Shown here: one piece after another, positions 1-9,449 of the stretch | Layout of the letters: each line of letters starts with the position of its first letter | Position numbering within the stretch: the stretch's first letter is position 1 | Assembly: GCA_020054495.1 (NCBI GenBank) | Contig: JAHWGK010000009.1 | Span: 5,314 to 69,313, forward strand | From: Thermoplasmata archaeon | Lineage (GTDB): Archaea > Thermoplasmatota > E2 > DHVEG-1 | DNA: 64,000 bases | Direction of reading: 5' to 3' | The notes under the pieces: model-generated | The model's database searches: none | Told to the model about the DNA's origin: nothing | Seen by the model: the letters and a program-made list of their open reading frames with translations, nothing else | Made by a program: the position numbers and the translations under genes

Positions 1-624
1 ATACTCCTGCAGAACTGCCTCCTGTTCAGTTTCGATGAATTCTCTATGTTCAACACCACTGTCAAGACTCTGAGAAAACCGATCTAAAAAATCTTTGAGC
101 ATTTTGCTTGGTGTTCTTGCAGATACAAAGCGAAATGTTTTTGATAGTGGCATTCGCCATTGTATAGAAAGTACACTGATTTTTTTTAGTTCATCACCTA
201 AGCTACCATATGCTTTTTTACCCCCAAGAACATTGATGATGTCCTTGAGTGATAAATCTGAGATTGCTAAAACTCTGATGTGTGTGATGAAAAAATGCAT
301 TTTACCATTGATATCATTTTCTTTGTTTTTCCAGGCTATATATGGATAAAAAATTCCTAAGACTATTGGAACAATTCCTCCAATGATAAATGTTATTGGA
401 TTGAGATCTAAAGGAAATGGGATAAGTAAATTTAAAATAAAGGGCATCAAAAAAACTAAAATTCCAATTATGATTAATGGGGATAATATCGTCGTGTAAA
501 ATTTCTCTGGTTCTTCAAGTCCTCTGTAAGCTATTTTAAGTTGTTTAATGAAACCTTGTTTCTTTTCACTTTCTTTTTTCTTTGAATCCTTTTTCGATTT
601 TTTTTCCTTTCCTTTTTTTGCCAT
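1..624 (-). CDS. arlJ: ArlJ/FlaJ archaellum membrane platform protein, first 208 codons (gene continues past position 1)
   Basis: Absent from the ORF track because it has no stop in the window. My reverse-strand read from ATG 624..622 stays open to position 1: MAKKGKEKKSKKDSKKKESEKKQGFIKQLKIAYRGLEEPEKFY..., then hydrophobic helices and ...DRFSQSLDSGVEHREFIETEQEAVLQEY. It lies 7 nt downstream of arlI, matching the canonical arlH-I-J order. Confidence 0.7.
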   Translation of the reverse strand, partial: MAKKGKEKKSKKDSKKKESEKKQGFIKQLKIAYRGLEEPEKFYTTILSPLIIIGILVFLMPFILNLLIPFPLDLNPITFIIGGIVPIVLGIFYPYIAWKNKENDINGKMHFFITHIRVLAISDLSLKDIINVLGGKKAYGSLGDELKKISVLSIQWRMPLSKTFRFVSARTPSKMLKDFLDRFSQSLDSGVEHREFIETEQEAVLQEY

Positions 625-631
625 AATATTT

Positions 632-2302
632 TCACTTCAGTAATGCGGATATTCCTTTATCCCCCTCTCTATAATAGTTCCAAATAAACTGAACTACCTC
701 GTAATAATCCATTATATCTTTCTCAACCATCCGATCAAGAATTACTTTTCTTTTATCATACTCTAAATAAATTTCAGATACATCTGTGTATCCAGCATTT
801 TTGGCGATTTTTTCTTCCAGAATGAAACTGTTTCTGTTCGCTTTAAAATGATGGTCATCTTTAATTGGATTCCATTCAAAGGCATTTCTTGCCATTATCC
901 CGTCTAGCTCTCGGTTATATCCCTCAATTTCATCAATTGAAGTAACCCTTCTAATTAGTTTTCCGTCTCGATCGATGGCAAGTTGTATAACTACAAAATC
1001 GAGGTTATCCATGAATGTTTTAGGAACATTAATTGGATCTCCGGTAAACCTCTGAATAACTTTTATTAAAGAACCTGCATGAAATGTAGTCATACAAGGA
1101 TGCCCTGTTTGCATAGCTTGAAATACGATGGCTCCTTCTGGCCCTCTTACTTCTCCAGGAATTATGTATTCTGGTCTTGACCTGAGTGCAGCTTTTAATA
1201 GATCAAAAAGATCTACCTGCCCCTCTTCTGGGCCTGTAGTTTTTGTTAGTAATCTTTGCCAAACAGTGTGCGGTACTTGCATTTCAGGGGTAGCCTCAGC
1301 AGTGTATATCTTTTTATCTGGAGGAATAAATGGAATAATAGAATTCATAGTAGTGGTTTTGCCGCAAGCTGTTCCGCCGCATATAAAAAAACTTCGACCA
1401 TATTGCAGGCAAAGCCAAAAATATGCTGCTATACCTGAGCTGAGCGTTCCCCATTTAATAAGTTGTGTTACACTAATCGGAGTCTCTGTGAACCTTCTAA
1501 TAGTCATGCTGGGGCCTTTAAGGCTTATTGCATCACTGTAGATGATGTTTCCTCTACTTCCATCAGGTAGAATTCCATCAACTATGGGCCGTCCTTCACT
1601 TACAGGTGCGCCCATTTTTTCACCCAATTTTCTTGCAAAGCGGTGCCCATCATCTCTACCAATCTCCACATTAGTTTTAATCATCCCAAAGACCTTATGA
1701 ATAAGATGGATTTTATGTCCAGTTACAATGTGAATGTCTTCTATGTGTGGATCTCTCATAAAACATTCTGTGAGTCCGCCACCTACTACATTTTTAATTA
1801 AAAAATATTCAATATTTTTCTTTTGAAAGGAAGTAGCTTTTATTATATCGCCACTTTTGGATTTTGTAAATTGACGTTTTTCTAAGAAATCTGGCTTGAC
1901 TGCTTTTTCATCGATCAAAATAATCTCATCTATTAATTCTTGCAGTACTTTTTTTAGCTCTTCATCTGTAACAATACTCTCTTTTTTAGGAGCCAATTTA
2001 ACTATTAATTTTTGTATTTCATCATGTTTTAATTGTTCATTTTTATCCAGTGTTGGCTCAATTGCGTGATATTCTGCCTCGTCCATATCTCTTGTCTTAT
2101 AGATATGAATAAATATTGGACCCCGACCATGATAAATTAAATTGGGATATTCTTCATCTCTTACTTTATACGGCAACGCGGAATAAAATACTGGCTCATT
2201 CATTTTCTTTTTTACATCATCAACATATTTTTTCAAATGGGGATTTTTTTGAAGAACTTGGTCTCTTTCATTATCATTCATCTTTGGCATTTTCTTCTCC
2301 AA
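632..2302 (-). CDS. arlI: ArlI/FlaI archaellum ATPase, paralog 2 (likely true start ATG 2290, preceded by GGAG)
   Basis: Walker A FICGGTACGKTT, EYIIPGEVRG, His box GHPCMTTFHAG. Full-length similarity to the adjacent arlI. The longest ORF starts at TTG 2302; ATG 2290 has the better SD spacing. Confidence 0.9.
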   Translation of the reverse strand: MEKKMPKMNDNERDQVLQKNPHLKKYVDDVKKKMNEPVFYSALPYKVRDEEYPNLIYHGRGPIFIHIYKTRDMDEAEYHAIEPTLDKNEQLKHDEIQKLIVKLAPKKESIVTDEELKKVLQELIDEIILIDEKAVKPDFLEKRQFTKSKSGDIIKATSFQKKNIEYFLIKNVVGGGLTECFMRDPHIEDIHIVTGHKIHLIHKVFGMIKTNVEIGRDDGHRFARKLGEKMGAPVSEGRPIVDGILPDGSRGNIIYSDAISLKGPSMTIRRFTETPISVTQLIKWGTLSSGIAAYFWLCLQYGRSFFICGGTACGKTTTMNSIIPFIPPDKKIYTAEATPEMQVPHTVWQRLLTKTTGPEEGQVDLFDLLKAALRSRPEYIIPGEVRGPEGAIVFQAMQTGHPCMTTFHAGSLIKVIQRFTGDPINVPKTFMDNLDFVVIQLAIDRDGKLIRRVTSIDEIEGYNRELDGIMARNAFEWNPIKDDHHFKANRNSFILEEKIAKNAGYTDVSEIYLEYDKRKVILDRMVEKDIMDYYEVVQFIWNYYREGDKGISALLK

Positions 2303-2395
2303 ATTTTTCTAATGATTATTTTTTTTCTTAAATTAACAAATCTTTAAGTGCTTCCTTAATCCCCTCATTTCTAATGGCTAATTATCTTTATTTTA

Positions 2396-4036
2396 TCATA
2401 TTGTAATAGGTAGCCCGTTTACCCCTTCCCTATAGAACGTCCAGATGAATTGTACGAACTCATAATAATCAAATATTTTTTCTTCAACCATCCTCTCTAA
2501 AATATGCTTTCGTTGATCGTACTCTGTGTATATTAGCATTGGTTCTTCAAGTCCTGCCATTGGTGCAATCCGTTGTTCTAAAATATAACTATTTCTATTC
2601 GCCTTAAACATATGGGTGTCATCCATCGCATTCCACTCGAATGCCTTTCTAGACATGACACCATCTACTTCCTTGTTGTATCCTTCTATTTCATCTACAG
2701 AGAGAACTCGCCTGATTTTCTTTCCCTTCCGTTCAACAGCCATCTGTATTACCACAATATCCAAGTTGTCCATAAATGTTTTAGGTATGTTAATCGGATG
2801 CCCTGTAAAACGCTGTATAACCTTTGTTACTGAACCAGCGTGAAAAGTTGTAACAATTGGATGCCCTGTCTGCATAGCTTGAAAGACAACTCGACTTTCT
2901 GCTCCTCTTGTCTCACCAGGGATGATATAGTCTGGTCTCGATCTTAATCCAGCTAATAAAAGAGTCCCCTCATCAATATGTCCTTCTTTTGGACCTGTCG
3001 TTCTAGTTAATAATTGTTGCCAAACAGCATGAGGAAGCTTCACTTCAGGGGTGTTTTCCACAGAATATATTTTTTTATCTGGAGGAATAAATGGAAATAT
3101 TGCATTTGCAGTGGTTGTTTTACCAGCTGCAGTTTCACCACAGACAAAAATACTTCGCCCATATTGTAGAGAAAGCCAGAGATAAGCTGCGATTCCAGAA
3201 TCGATTGTTCCCCAATTTATCAGTTGGGTTACACTAATAGGTGTTTCACTAAACTTTCTAACAGTCATGCTCGGCCCTTTTAGACTTACATCTTTACTAT
3301 GAATAATATTAACCCTACTACCATCTGGGAGGGTACCATCAGCAATAGGTTGCCCTTCACTTACAGGACTGCCGATTTTCTCTGCAAATTCTTGTGAAAA
3401 TCTATTTGCCCATGATTTGTCGATATGAATATTTGTCTTAACCATGTCAAAAACTTTATGGATAAGATGGACGTTTTCTCCAGTTATAATATGAATATCT
3501 TCAATGTATGGATCTCTCATAAACGCTTCGAGAGGCCCACCACCAACAATGTCCTTAATTATGTCGTATTGGATATTCATCTTTTCAATGGACGTAACTC
3601 TTATCCTACCTCGGCTAACTTTTCCTATTTTGCCCTTGGATTTTTCGTCAACAACAGTTATTTTATCTATAACTTTTTTAATTGTTTTTCTTAAATCATC
3701 TTGAGTTTTAATATCTGTTTTGAGATGAGCTCTCTCATACAACATTTCAAGAATTATGTCGCGTTTTTCTTTTGTTTTTTTATCTAATTCAGGTGTAACA
3801 GTGTGATATTCTGGTCTTTCCATGTCTTTTGATTTAAAGACGTGTATAAAAACAGAACCTCTAGTGGTATAAATGATATTAGGGAATTCCTGCTCTTTTA
3901 CATCTCGAGGAACTTTACTATAATATATTGGACTGCCCATACTTTTTTCAATTTCTTCAACATATTTTTTAAGATGGAGATTGTCCTTAAGCAGTTTTTC
4001 AACCTCTGATTTTTCTATCTCTGTCATATCTCCCAC
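2396..4036 (-). CDS. arlI: ArlI/FlaI archaellum ATPase, paralog 1 (likely true start ATG 4027 after GTGGGAGAT)
   Basis: Walker A VCGETAAGKTT, DYIIPGETRG, GHPIVTTFHAG, typical of FlaI/VirB11-type secretion ATPases. Directly downstream of arlH. Confidence 0.92.
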   Translation of the reverse strand: MGDMTEIEKSEVEKLLKDNLHLKKYVEEIEKSMGSPIYYSKVPRDVKEQEFPNIIYTTRGSVFIHVFKSKDMERPEYHTVTPELDKKTKEKRDIILEMLYERAHLKTDIKTQDDLRKTIKKVIDKITVVDEKSKGKIGKVSRGRIRVTSIEKMNIQYDIIKDIVGGGPLEAFMRDPYIEDIHIITGENVHLIHKVFDMVKTNIHIDKSWANRFSQEFAEKIGSPVSEGQPIADGTLPDGSRVNIIHSKDVSLKGPSMTVRKFSETPISVTQLINWGTIDSGIAAYLWLSLQYGRSIFVCGETAAGKTTTANAIFPFIPPDKKIYSVENTPEVKLPHAVWQQLLTRTTGPKEGHIDEGTLLLAGLRSRPDYIIPGETRGAESRVVFQAMQTGHPIVTTFHAGSVTKVIQRFTGHPINIPKTFMDNLDIVVIQMAVERKGKKIRRVLSVDEIEGYNKEVDGVMSRKAFEWNAMDDTHMFKANRNSYILEQRIAPMAGLEEPMLIYTEYDQRKHILERMVEEKIFDYYEFVQFIWTFYREGVNGLPITI

Positions 4037-4039
4037 TTT

Positions 4040-4750
4040 TTAGAATGCCACTCCACTTGTTTCAATTGTTAATCCAACACTAGGTCTTACGGAAAACGTA
4101 GTCAATGGCTCGTATCTATGTCTGGCACCATTAAATTTCTCAAGATAAATATTATGAACTACACCAACACCGGGCATTGCCTCACGAGTAATTTTAAAAT
4201 GAATATCAGAAATCATCTGAAATGAACTATGAATTCGTTCAGACCATTCATTGGGATTTCCTGTTACAACTATTATTTTTCCAGAGCCCTTTAATCTATT
4301 TAAAAAATTCGTTAATTCTATCATATTACTTTCATTTAGGCTTTCAATGAGAAGTGTTGATAATGAATCAATAAATATTATCTCAGGATCAAAGATTTTT
4401 TTACATGTAATTAGTCTTTCAAGAAACGTGCTTTTTGGTTTTGTTTCTGCTAGCATAACCTCGGTAGAAATAAAAAATAACTTACCGGTCATAACATATT
4501 TCCGGATATCATAACCGACTGAAGCAGTTTGTCTTAGAAAATTTTTTATGGTGTATTGTGTAGAAATATACGAACATGTAGAACCATTTTTTAAAAAACT
4601 ATAACAAAATCTCTGGCAGAAAATACTCTTGCCTGTACCTTCTTTACCTTCCATAAACATTAAAGTTCCAAGGGGTATCTCCCTTCCAAATCTCTGAGCA
4701 AAACCATCTTTTTCCCCTTTTCGTTCTAATATTATGGATTTACCTGCCAT
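4040..4750 (-). CDS. arlH: ArlH/FlaH KaiC/RecA-like ATP-binding protein
   Basis: Walker A MEGKEGTGKS, about 236 aa, positioned between arlG and arlI. Confidence 0.85.
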   Translation of the reverse strand: MAGKSIILERKGEKDGFAQRFGREIPLGTLMFMEGKEGTGKSIFCQRFCYSFLKNGSTCSYISTQYTIKNFLRQTASVGYDIRKYVMTGKLFFISTEVMLAETKPKSTFLERLITCKKIFDPEIIFIDSLSTLLIESLNESNMIELTNFLNRLKGSGKIIVVTGNPNEWSERIHSSFQMISDIHFKITREAMPGVGVVHNIYLEKFNGARHRYEPLTTFSVRPSVGLTIETSGVAF

Positions 4751-4776
4751 TCGTTTTTACCCCATCCATATTTTCT

Positions 4777-5217
4777 TTAAATTGTAAATGTAAATTCATC
4801 CTCAATCCCTTGTGGTCCAACAACTCTCAATGTATGGCCTCCTGGTGATAAGCTTGTTTCTGCATATATCGTTGTATATTCTGAAGGTCTGATAGAGCTA
4901 TCTGTAAAATTATAATTTGTTATATCGATAATATCTCCATCTATAAATATCTGAAATGTTTGGTTTGTCGTTGATAATTTGGTTCCACCAATATTCTTTA
5001 AATAAAAAATATAATCGCTGCCGGACGTTGGAATGTTATTTGGATCATTAATAATCTTAAATTCGGTATCAATTTGATCCTGCAATCTATCTCCCCTATC
5101 TGATATACTTACGCTAACATCTGTTGTTACTGCCATGAAAACACCTGAAATTGCACCAGCTACGATTAGGGATACAATAAAGAATATTGTATGTGTTCCG
5201 CTAAGACTAGATCCCAT
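4777..5217 (-). CDS. arlG: ArlG/FlaG-like archaellum stator/accessory protein, copy 2
   Basis: N-terminal hydrophobic helix MGSSLSGTHTIFFIVSLIVAGAISG, then a beta-rich domain (DYIFYLKNIGGTKL). About 60% identical by eye to the upstream copy. SD GAGGGG before the ATG. Confidence 0.7.
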   Translation of the reverse strand: MGSSLSGTHTIFFIVSLIVAGAISGVFMAVTTDVSVSISDRGDRLQDQIDTEFKIINDPNNIPTSGSDYIFYLKNIGGTKLSTTNQTFQIFIDGDIIDITNYNFTDSSIRPSEYTTIYAETSLSPGGHTLRVVGPQGIEDEFTFTI

Positions 5218-5340
5218 ACTTTATTCCCCTCTTTTTAACTATACCCCTCACAATCAGAAATGACGTTCTCCGTAATAAATTTAATTCTTTCCGGTCCATC
5301 AGCAGATACATTTATGAATATATTCATTTCTTTTCTTATT

Positions 5341-5784
5341 TTATAAACTAAATGTAAACTCATCTTCATTGCCTTGAAGGTCGATAATTCTCATGGTATG
5401 ATCTCCAAGCAAAATTTCACTATTATCGACATACATCATTACAACATCCCCAGGGTATATATGCTCCTCTGAAAAATTGTATTTTACTTCTGATATTATT
5501 ATTCCATCAACTAATATTTGAAATGTTTCATTTGTTGTTATTATTCTTATATCGCCAGTATTTTTCAAATAGAATATATAATCGCTTCCGGACGTAGGGA
5601 TATGATCTGGATCATTGATAATTTCAAAATCTGTATCAAGTTGATTCTGTAACCTATCTCCTCTTTCAGAAAGACTTGTGCTAACATCTGTTGTAACTGC
5701 AACTAATACACCTGAAACTGTACTGGCTAAAATTACAGATATGATAAAGAGTATTACATGTGTTCCGCTAAGGCTAAGTCCCAT
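5341..5784 (-). CDS. arlG: ArlG/FlaG-like archaellum accessory protein, copy 1
   Basis: Same architecture as 4777..5217 (MGLSLSGTHVILFIISVILAS..., DYIFYLKNTGDIRI). Confidence 0.7.
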   Translation of the reverse strand: MGLSLSGTHVILFIISVILASTVSGVLVAVTTDVSTSLSERGDRLQNQLDTDFEIINDPDHIPTSGSDYIFYLKNTGDIRIITTNETFQILVDGIIISEVKYNFSEEHIYPGDVVMMYVDNSEILLGDHTMRIIDLQGNEDEFTFSL

Positions 5785-5807
5785 ATCAATTTCCCACTCT
5801 TTTTTTA

Positions 5808-6242
5808 CTATGTAATTGTATAATCATAATAATCTGATACGCCATTTATTGCAGCCACTTTCAATCTTCTTTGCCCAGTACCCGATAAGTTAGTAACATT
5901 GAAATAAACATTATTTCCAGGATAAATATAAGAATTTGAACAAGTAAATGGATGAAGCGTTCCATTTATTAAAATACTAAAATCACTGGTTTTTAATGTA
6001 ATACTACCAGTGTTTTCCAGTGTAATACTAAGATCATAGTTCGATCCATTAACCGGGGTGTTTACATTGGTGATATCTATATCAGTTTGAATTTTGTCAA
6101 TGATTCTATCTCTCATATCTTCATAAGAATCGCTTATATCTGTGACAGCAGGTAACAAACTTCCAGTAAAAGTTCCAATAACAACTAGTATTGAAACACC
6201 AATAATAGCAGCAGCAGCTACTAAAGAGAATCCCATCTGCAT
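5808..6242 (-). CDS. arlF: ArlF/FlaF-like archaellum accessory protein
   Basis: N-terminal hydrophobic helix MGFSLVAAAAIIGVSILVV and a FlaF/G-type beta domain (LSITLENTGSITLK). Its operon position precedes the arlG-like genes. Confidence 0.65.
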   Translation of the reverse strand: MQMGFSLVAAAAIIGVSILVVIGTFTGSLLPAVTDISDSYEDMRDRIIDKIQTDIDITNVNTPVNGSNYDLSITLENTGSITLKTSDFSILINGTLHPFTCSNSYIYPGNNVYFNVTNLSGTGQRRLKVAAINGVSDYYDYTIT

Positions 6243-6332
6243 TTCACCTCCTTTTAGTAAGTGAGTGTATTAAAGTCCCCTCTGACTACTTGAGTTATAA
6301 ATTAATAACCCAAAACAAGTAAATAAATATTT

Positions 6333-7142
6333 TTATTTTAGTTGGTAATTATCAACTTTTTTTATTATTCTAGATATTTCGTCATCAATTCTGTCTATAA
6401 AATGCTTGTCAAATTGTCTGCCTTTAAGCTTTTGTATAAATATAAGCGACTGTATGTGATCTTTTGATGGTAAATCAGTAACATCTCTCCTTACATTTTC
6501 CCCATCCTTTTTCTCTTCAGTTATGCCCTGAGAATAATCAATTAAACTAATTTTTGTGTCATGTGAGATCCATCCAATATCCACATAATAATCAAGTATA
6601 TTTGAAAGATTAGGGTGCCCACATCTATCAATAAGATTTTGTAGCCATTTCATTAAAACTATAACGCTTTCAGGGTCATTTGGGAGTTCAGTTAATTTAT
6701 CTAGCTCCCATTTAGGGTCAGTTCCTCTAATGATTTTAGGAACTTTTATGTCATCAGTTGTAACAATTCTATTTTTGCTTTCTGTGCCCTTTTCTATATT
6801 GGTCATTCTTTCTTGTAGTCTTCCTATGACGTCGATAAGATTTTGCATATTTTCGCCTGTGGTTATCTCAGCTGGTTGTTTTGTCTTTTTTGTAACTCCT
6901 TTTTCGGTCATTTGTCTGGTTTTAGCATATGACCGCATTATGTTTCTTATTATCTCTACAAGCCGCTCAAGTTGTTCTTTATTAATTTTTGCATTTTTCT
7001 CCTTTAACTTTTGTTCTAATCTTTTTGCTACTCTTGAAGGAATAATATTTTTAGTTGCCAGGATAGATAGTTCAGTTGCTAGATCAAAATCATCTGAATT
7101 TTTCATTTTACTATCTCCTTCATTATCAATCATACTCCTCAC
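6333..7142 (-). CDS. arlD: ArlD/E (FlaD/E family) protein (likely start ATG 7133 after GGTGAGGAG)
   Basis: C-terminal FlaD/E-type signature LMKWLQNLIDRCGHPNLSNILDYYVDIGWISHDTKISLIDY. Coiled-coil N-terminal half. Confidence 0.75.
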   Translation of the reverse strand: MRSMIDNEGDSKMKNSDDFDLATELSILATKNIIPSRVAKRLEQKLKEKNAKINKEQLERLVEIIRNIMRSYAKTRQMTEKGVTKKTKQPAEITTGENMQNLIDVIGRLQERMTNIEKGTESKNRIVTTDDIKVPKIIRGTDPKWELDKLTELPNDPESVIVLMKWLQNLIDRCGHPNLSNILDYYVDIGWISHDTKISLIDYSQGITEEKKDGENVRRDVTDLPSKDHIQSLIFIQKLKGRQFDKHFIDRIDDEISRIIKKVDNYQLK

Positions 7143-7883
7143 CTATTTCATATTCCAATCTTTTATGTTTTCTATAAATTCATCTATCGCTACATCAATT
7201 TTCCGATCTGCATTTATTTCACCAAATGATTTTTCAATTATTACATCTAAATCTTCTGCAGATAAATCCCCTAATTCTTTATTCATATCATCCTTTTTGT
7301 CAGTTGATGTTTTCCTTCTCAAAGTTTTAATTTCTGCAAAATTTGAACCTGTTCTTTCAGCAAAGGATTCTAGATCTCCCATTCTCTCTTTTATTTCACC
7401 GATTTCTCTAGTAAAATTTTCTAGTGCATCTATCCTTTTCTTTGTAACTTTTGAAAGCCCGACAAAAGGGTTCATCTGTTCCGACACAATTTCATATAAG
7501 CTAACTAGATCGTCAAGGTCTTTTAATACGCCGTCTACCCTGTTATTTAAAAGTGTTAATTCCTCTTGGTTCTTTTTTATCTGAAAATCAAAATCTTTTA
7601 TACTTTGAAGTATTGCACGTTTCTGTTCTAAAGCTTCTCTCCCAGTAATCTCTTCGTCAAATGATATTTGTTCACCTTGGTTAGAATCTTCATTTTTTTC
7701 TTGTTGTTCTGTAGGATTCTTTTCTGAAGATTCAAGTTTTATCACTTTTCTTAGGCTAGCTATATTCTCTTTTGTTTCTTCATTGTCCTCATCAGTTTTA
7801 GTTGCATTATCCGTTTCTTCATGAGTGGAAACTGTATCTTCATCATCTGATTGATCTGCTAAGTCATCCTCACCTTTTTCCAT
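7143..7883 (-). CDS. arlC: ArlC (FlaC-like) protein with acidic N-terminal tail
   Basis: FlaC-type coiled-coil core ...LKDLDDLVSLYEIVSEQMNPFVGLSK.... First gene of the arlC-J transcription unit. Confidence 0.65.
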   Translation of the reverse strand: MEKGEDDLADQSDDEDTVSTHEETDNATKTDEDNEETKENIASLRKVIKLESSEKNPTEQQEKNEDSNQGEQISFDEEITGREALEQKRAILQSIKDFDFQIKKNQEELTLLNNRVDGVLKDLDDLVSLYEIVSEQMNPFVGLSKVTKKRIDALENFTREIGEIKERMGDLESFAERTGSNFAEIKTLRRKTSTDKKDDMNKELGDLSAEDLDVIIEKSFGEINADRKIDVAIDEFIENIKDWNMK

Positions 7884-8126
7884 CTTTAATTTTATTCATA
7901 CCCCTCCTAATAATATGAACTCAACCAACACTATATGCTAACTATAAACTTGTATTTATACTGTTATTTATGGAGAGTGTCATCCTTCTCTGCAATGTTA
8001 GAATAAAATTTGTACTATTTATATTCTTGGGAACTGAAACAAATGTAAATAAATCAATATTTTTGGTTAATTTTGTAAAACAAAAAATTTTAAAGCAATT
8101 AAAGAATAGTGAAAACCGATTAATTC

Positions 8127-9389
8127 ATGATTTTTAGCATAAGGATGTACTTGTTAAAGGAGAAAACAGGTAAATCGCTTGAGGTGCCGAATAAGGGAGA
8201 CCATACAGGCTCAAATACTCGCGGTAGTAGTTTAGTGTTAAGTATAGATAAAACTGGGAGAATTACTAAATTTAACAAAGAATGTGAACGAATTTCTGGT
8301 TACACTAAGAAGGAGGTATTAAATCGATATATTTTTGATTTTTTGATACCTACTCGCTATTTTGATCAATGGAAAAATTTATTTGATTATTCTCCGGAAA
8401 ATAAAGTGATAGAAGATTATAAACTTCCATTGTTGACAAAGCGAGGTAATGAAATCATGATCTGTTGGAGTAACTTTCATGTAAAAAATACCGAAGGTGT
8501 TGTTGTAGATATTAGTCTTGTTGGAAACTTAGTTAACTCCTTGGATGAAACAGATGAAAAATTGCATAAATATCCAGAATACGAAACAAAAGGATTTACA
8601 ATTGAGAGTCTAATTAAAAATAAAAAAATTATAAGCCATGATGATTCTGATGAAACTATTGGAGATGTGGAACAGATAAATGCAGTCTTAGAACGGAAAA
8701 ATGTGGCTTTGGAAAATAATTTACAGGCTCTAAAGGCTCGTCGAGACCAGTTTGCCGGTAAGAAAAGAAAGCAAAAATTTCAAACATACGATGACAAGAT
8801 GCGTGAGTTAGAAGAACATGAGAATATCTTAAATAAGCTTGAGTCTAAACTTACAGAGGATAAGATAAAGATTAATGGGCAGGTAAATAAGTTTAAAAAA
8901 TGGCGTGAAAAACTCGAATCTTTGGAGAATCAGCTCGAAAATAAACGAGAGGGGCTGTTAAAACTGGAGAGATCGCCTATTAAGCACGCTAGGGATACAA
9001 GTTATACTACTACTTTTAAAGTTAAAAAAGACGAAGAAGTTGAGGGGCATCGAGATCTTCTTGACGAAATACCTGATTGTGCAGCTATTGTTCAGAGAGG
9101 AATTTTAAAACAGGCTAATGATTCTTTTGCAAATTTGGTTGGTTATGATCCTGGTGAAATTGTGGATAAACGTTTATCTGATTTTATTGCCCCTGAAGGT
9201 TTTTCAGATGTTGAAAAGTACTATTTAAGTCGTCTAAAAGGCGTGGATGCCTCTGGTTATGAGACAGTTTTTTTAACTAAGGATAATACTAAAATATCTG
9301 TGGAGGTTAGTACTAAACCAGCTTTTTTTAATGGCCTTAAAGCTGAAATTGCGGTATTTAAAAAGTTGGAAAATAAAAAAAATGAATAA
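8127..9389 (+). CDS. Double-PAS sensor protein with central coiled coil and no recognisable output domain
   Basis: PAS 1: LVLSIDKTGRITKFNKECERISGYTKKEV...GVVVDISLVG. PAS 2: AAIVQRGILKQANDSFANLVGYDPGEIV...KISVEVSTKP. A heptad-like K/E-rich linker lies between them. Confidence 0.75.
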   Translation: MIFSIRMYLLKEKTGKSLEVPNKGDHTGSNTRGSSLVLSIDKTGRITKFNKECERISGYTKKEVLNRYIFDFLIPTRYFDQWKNLFDYSPENKVIEDYKLPLLTKRGNEIMICWSNFHVKNTEGVVVDISLVGNLVNSLDETDEKLHKYPEYETKGFTIESLIKNKKIISHDDSDETIGDVEQINAVLERKNVALENNLQALKARRDQFAGKKRKQKFQTYDDKMRELEEHENILNKLESKLTEDKIKINGQVNKFKKWREKLESLENQLENKREGLLKLERSPIKHARDTSYTTTFKVKKDEEVEGHRDLLDEIPDCAAIVQRGILKQANDSFANLVGYDPGEIVDKRLSDFIAPEGFSDVEKYYLSRLKGVDASGYETVFLTKDNTKISVEVSTKPAFFNGLKAEIAVFKKLENKKNE

Positions 9390-9449
9390 AAATAGAAAAA
9401 AATTAAAAAAAAGGTAAAGAGGAAGTTTTTAGGTTTCTCTCTTTTGTTT
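9390..9449. terminator. Bidirectional oligo-T/oligo-A tract between the convergent PAS gene and arlB
   Basis: aaatagaaaaaaattaaaaaaaagg...ttttaggtttctctcttttgttttta gives T-runs on both strands. Archaeal terminators are oligo-T tracts. Confidence 0.35.

Noticed and set aside
95-349. 84-aa plus-strand ORF at the left edge
   Set aside because: It overlaps the open minus-strand arlJ reading frame, which has the expected sequence character and operon position.
5235-5327. 30-codon minus-strand ORF (MNIFINVSADGPERIKFITENVISDCEGYS) in the spacer between the two arlG-like genes
   Set aside because: It is too short, has a weak SD and no recognisable motif. The spacer more likely holds an internal promoter or a duplication remnant.
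6730-7584. 284-aa plus-strand ORF overlapping arlC and arlD/E
   Set aside because: It is a low-complexity S/F/I-rich translation, the mirror of K/E-rich coding sequence on the minus strand. It has no motif, and the recognisable Fla proteins on the other strand explain the DNA.
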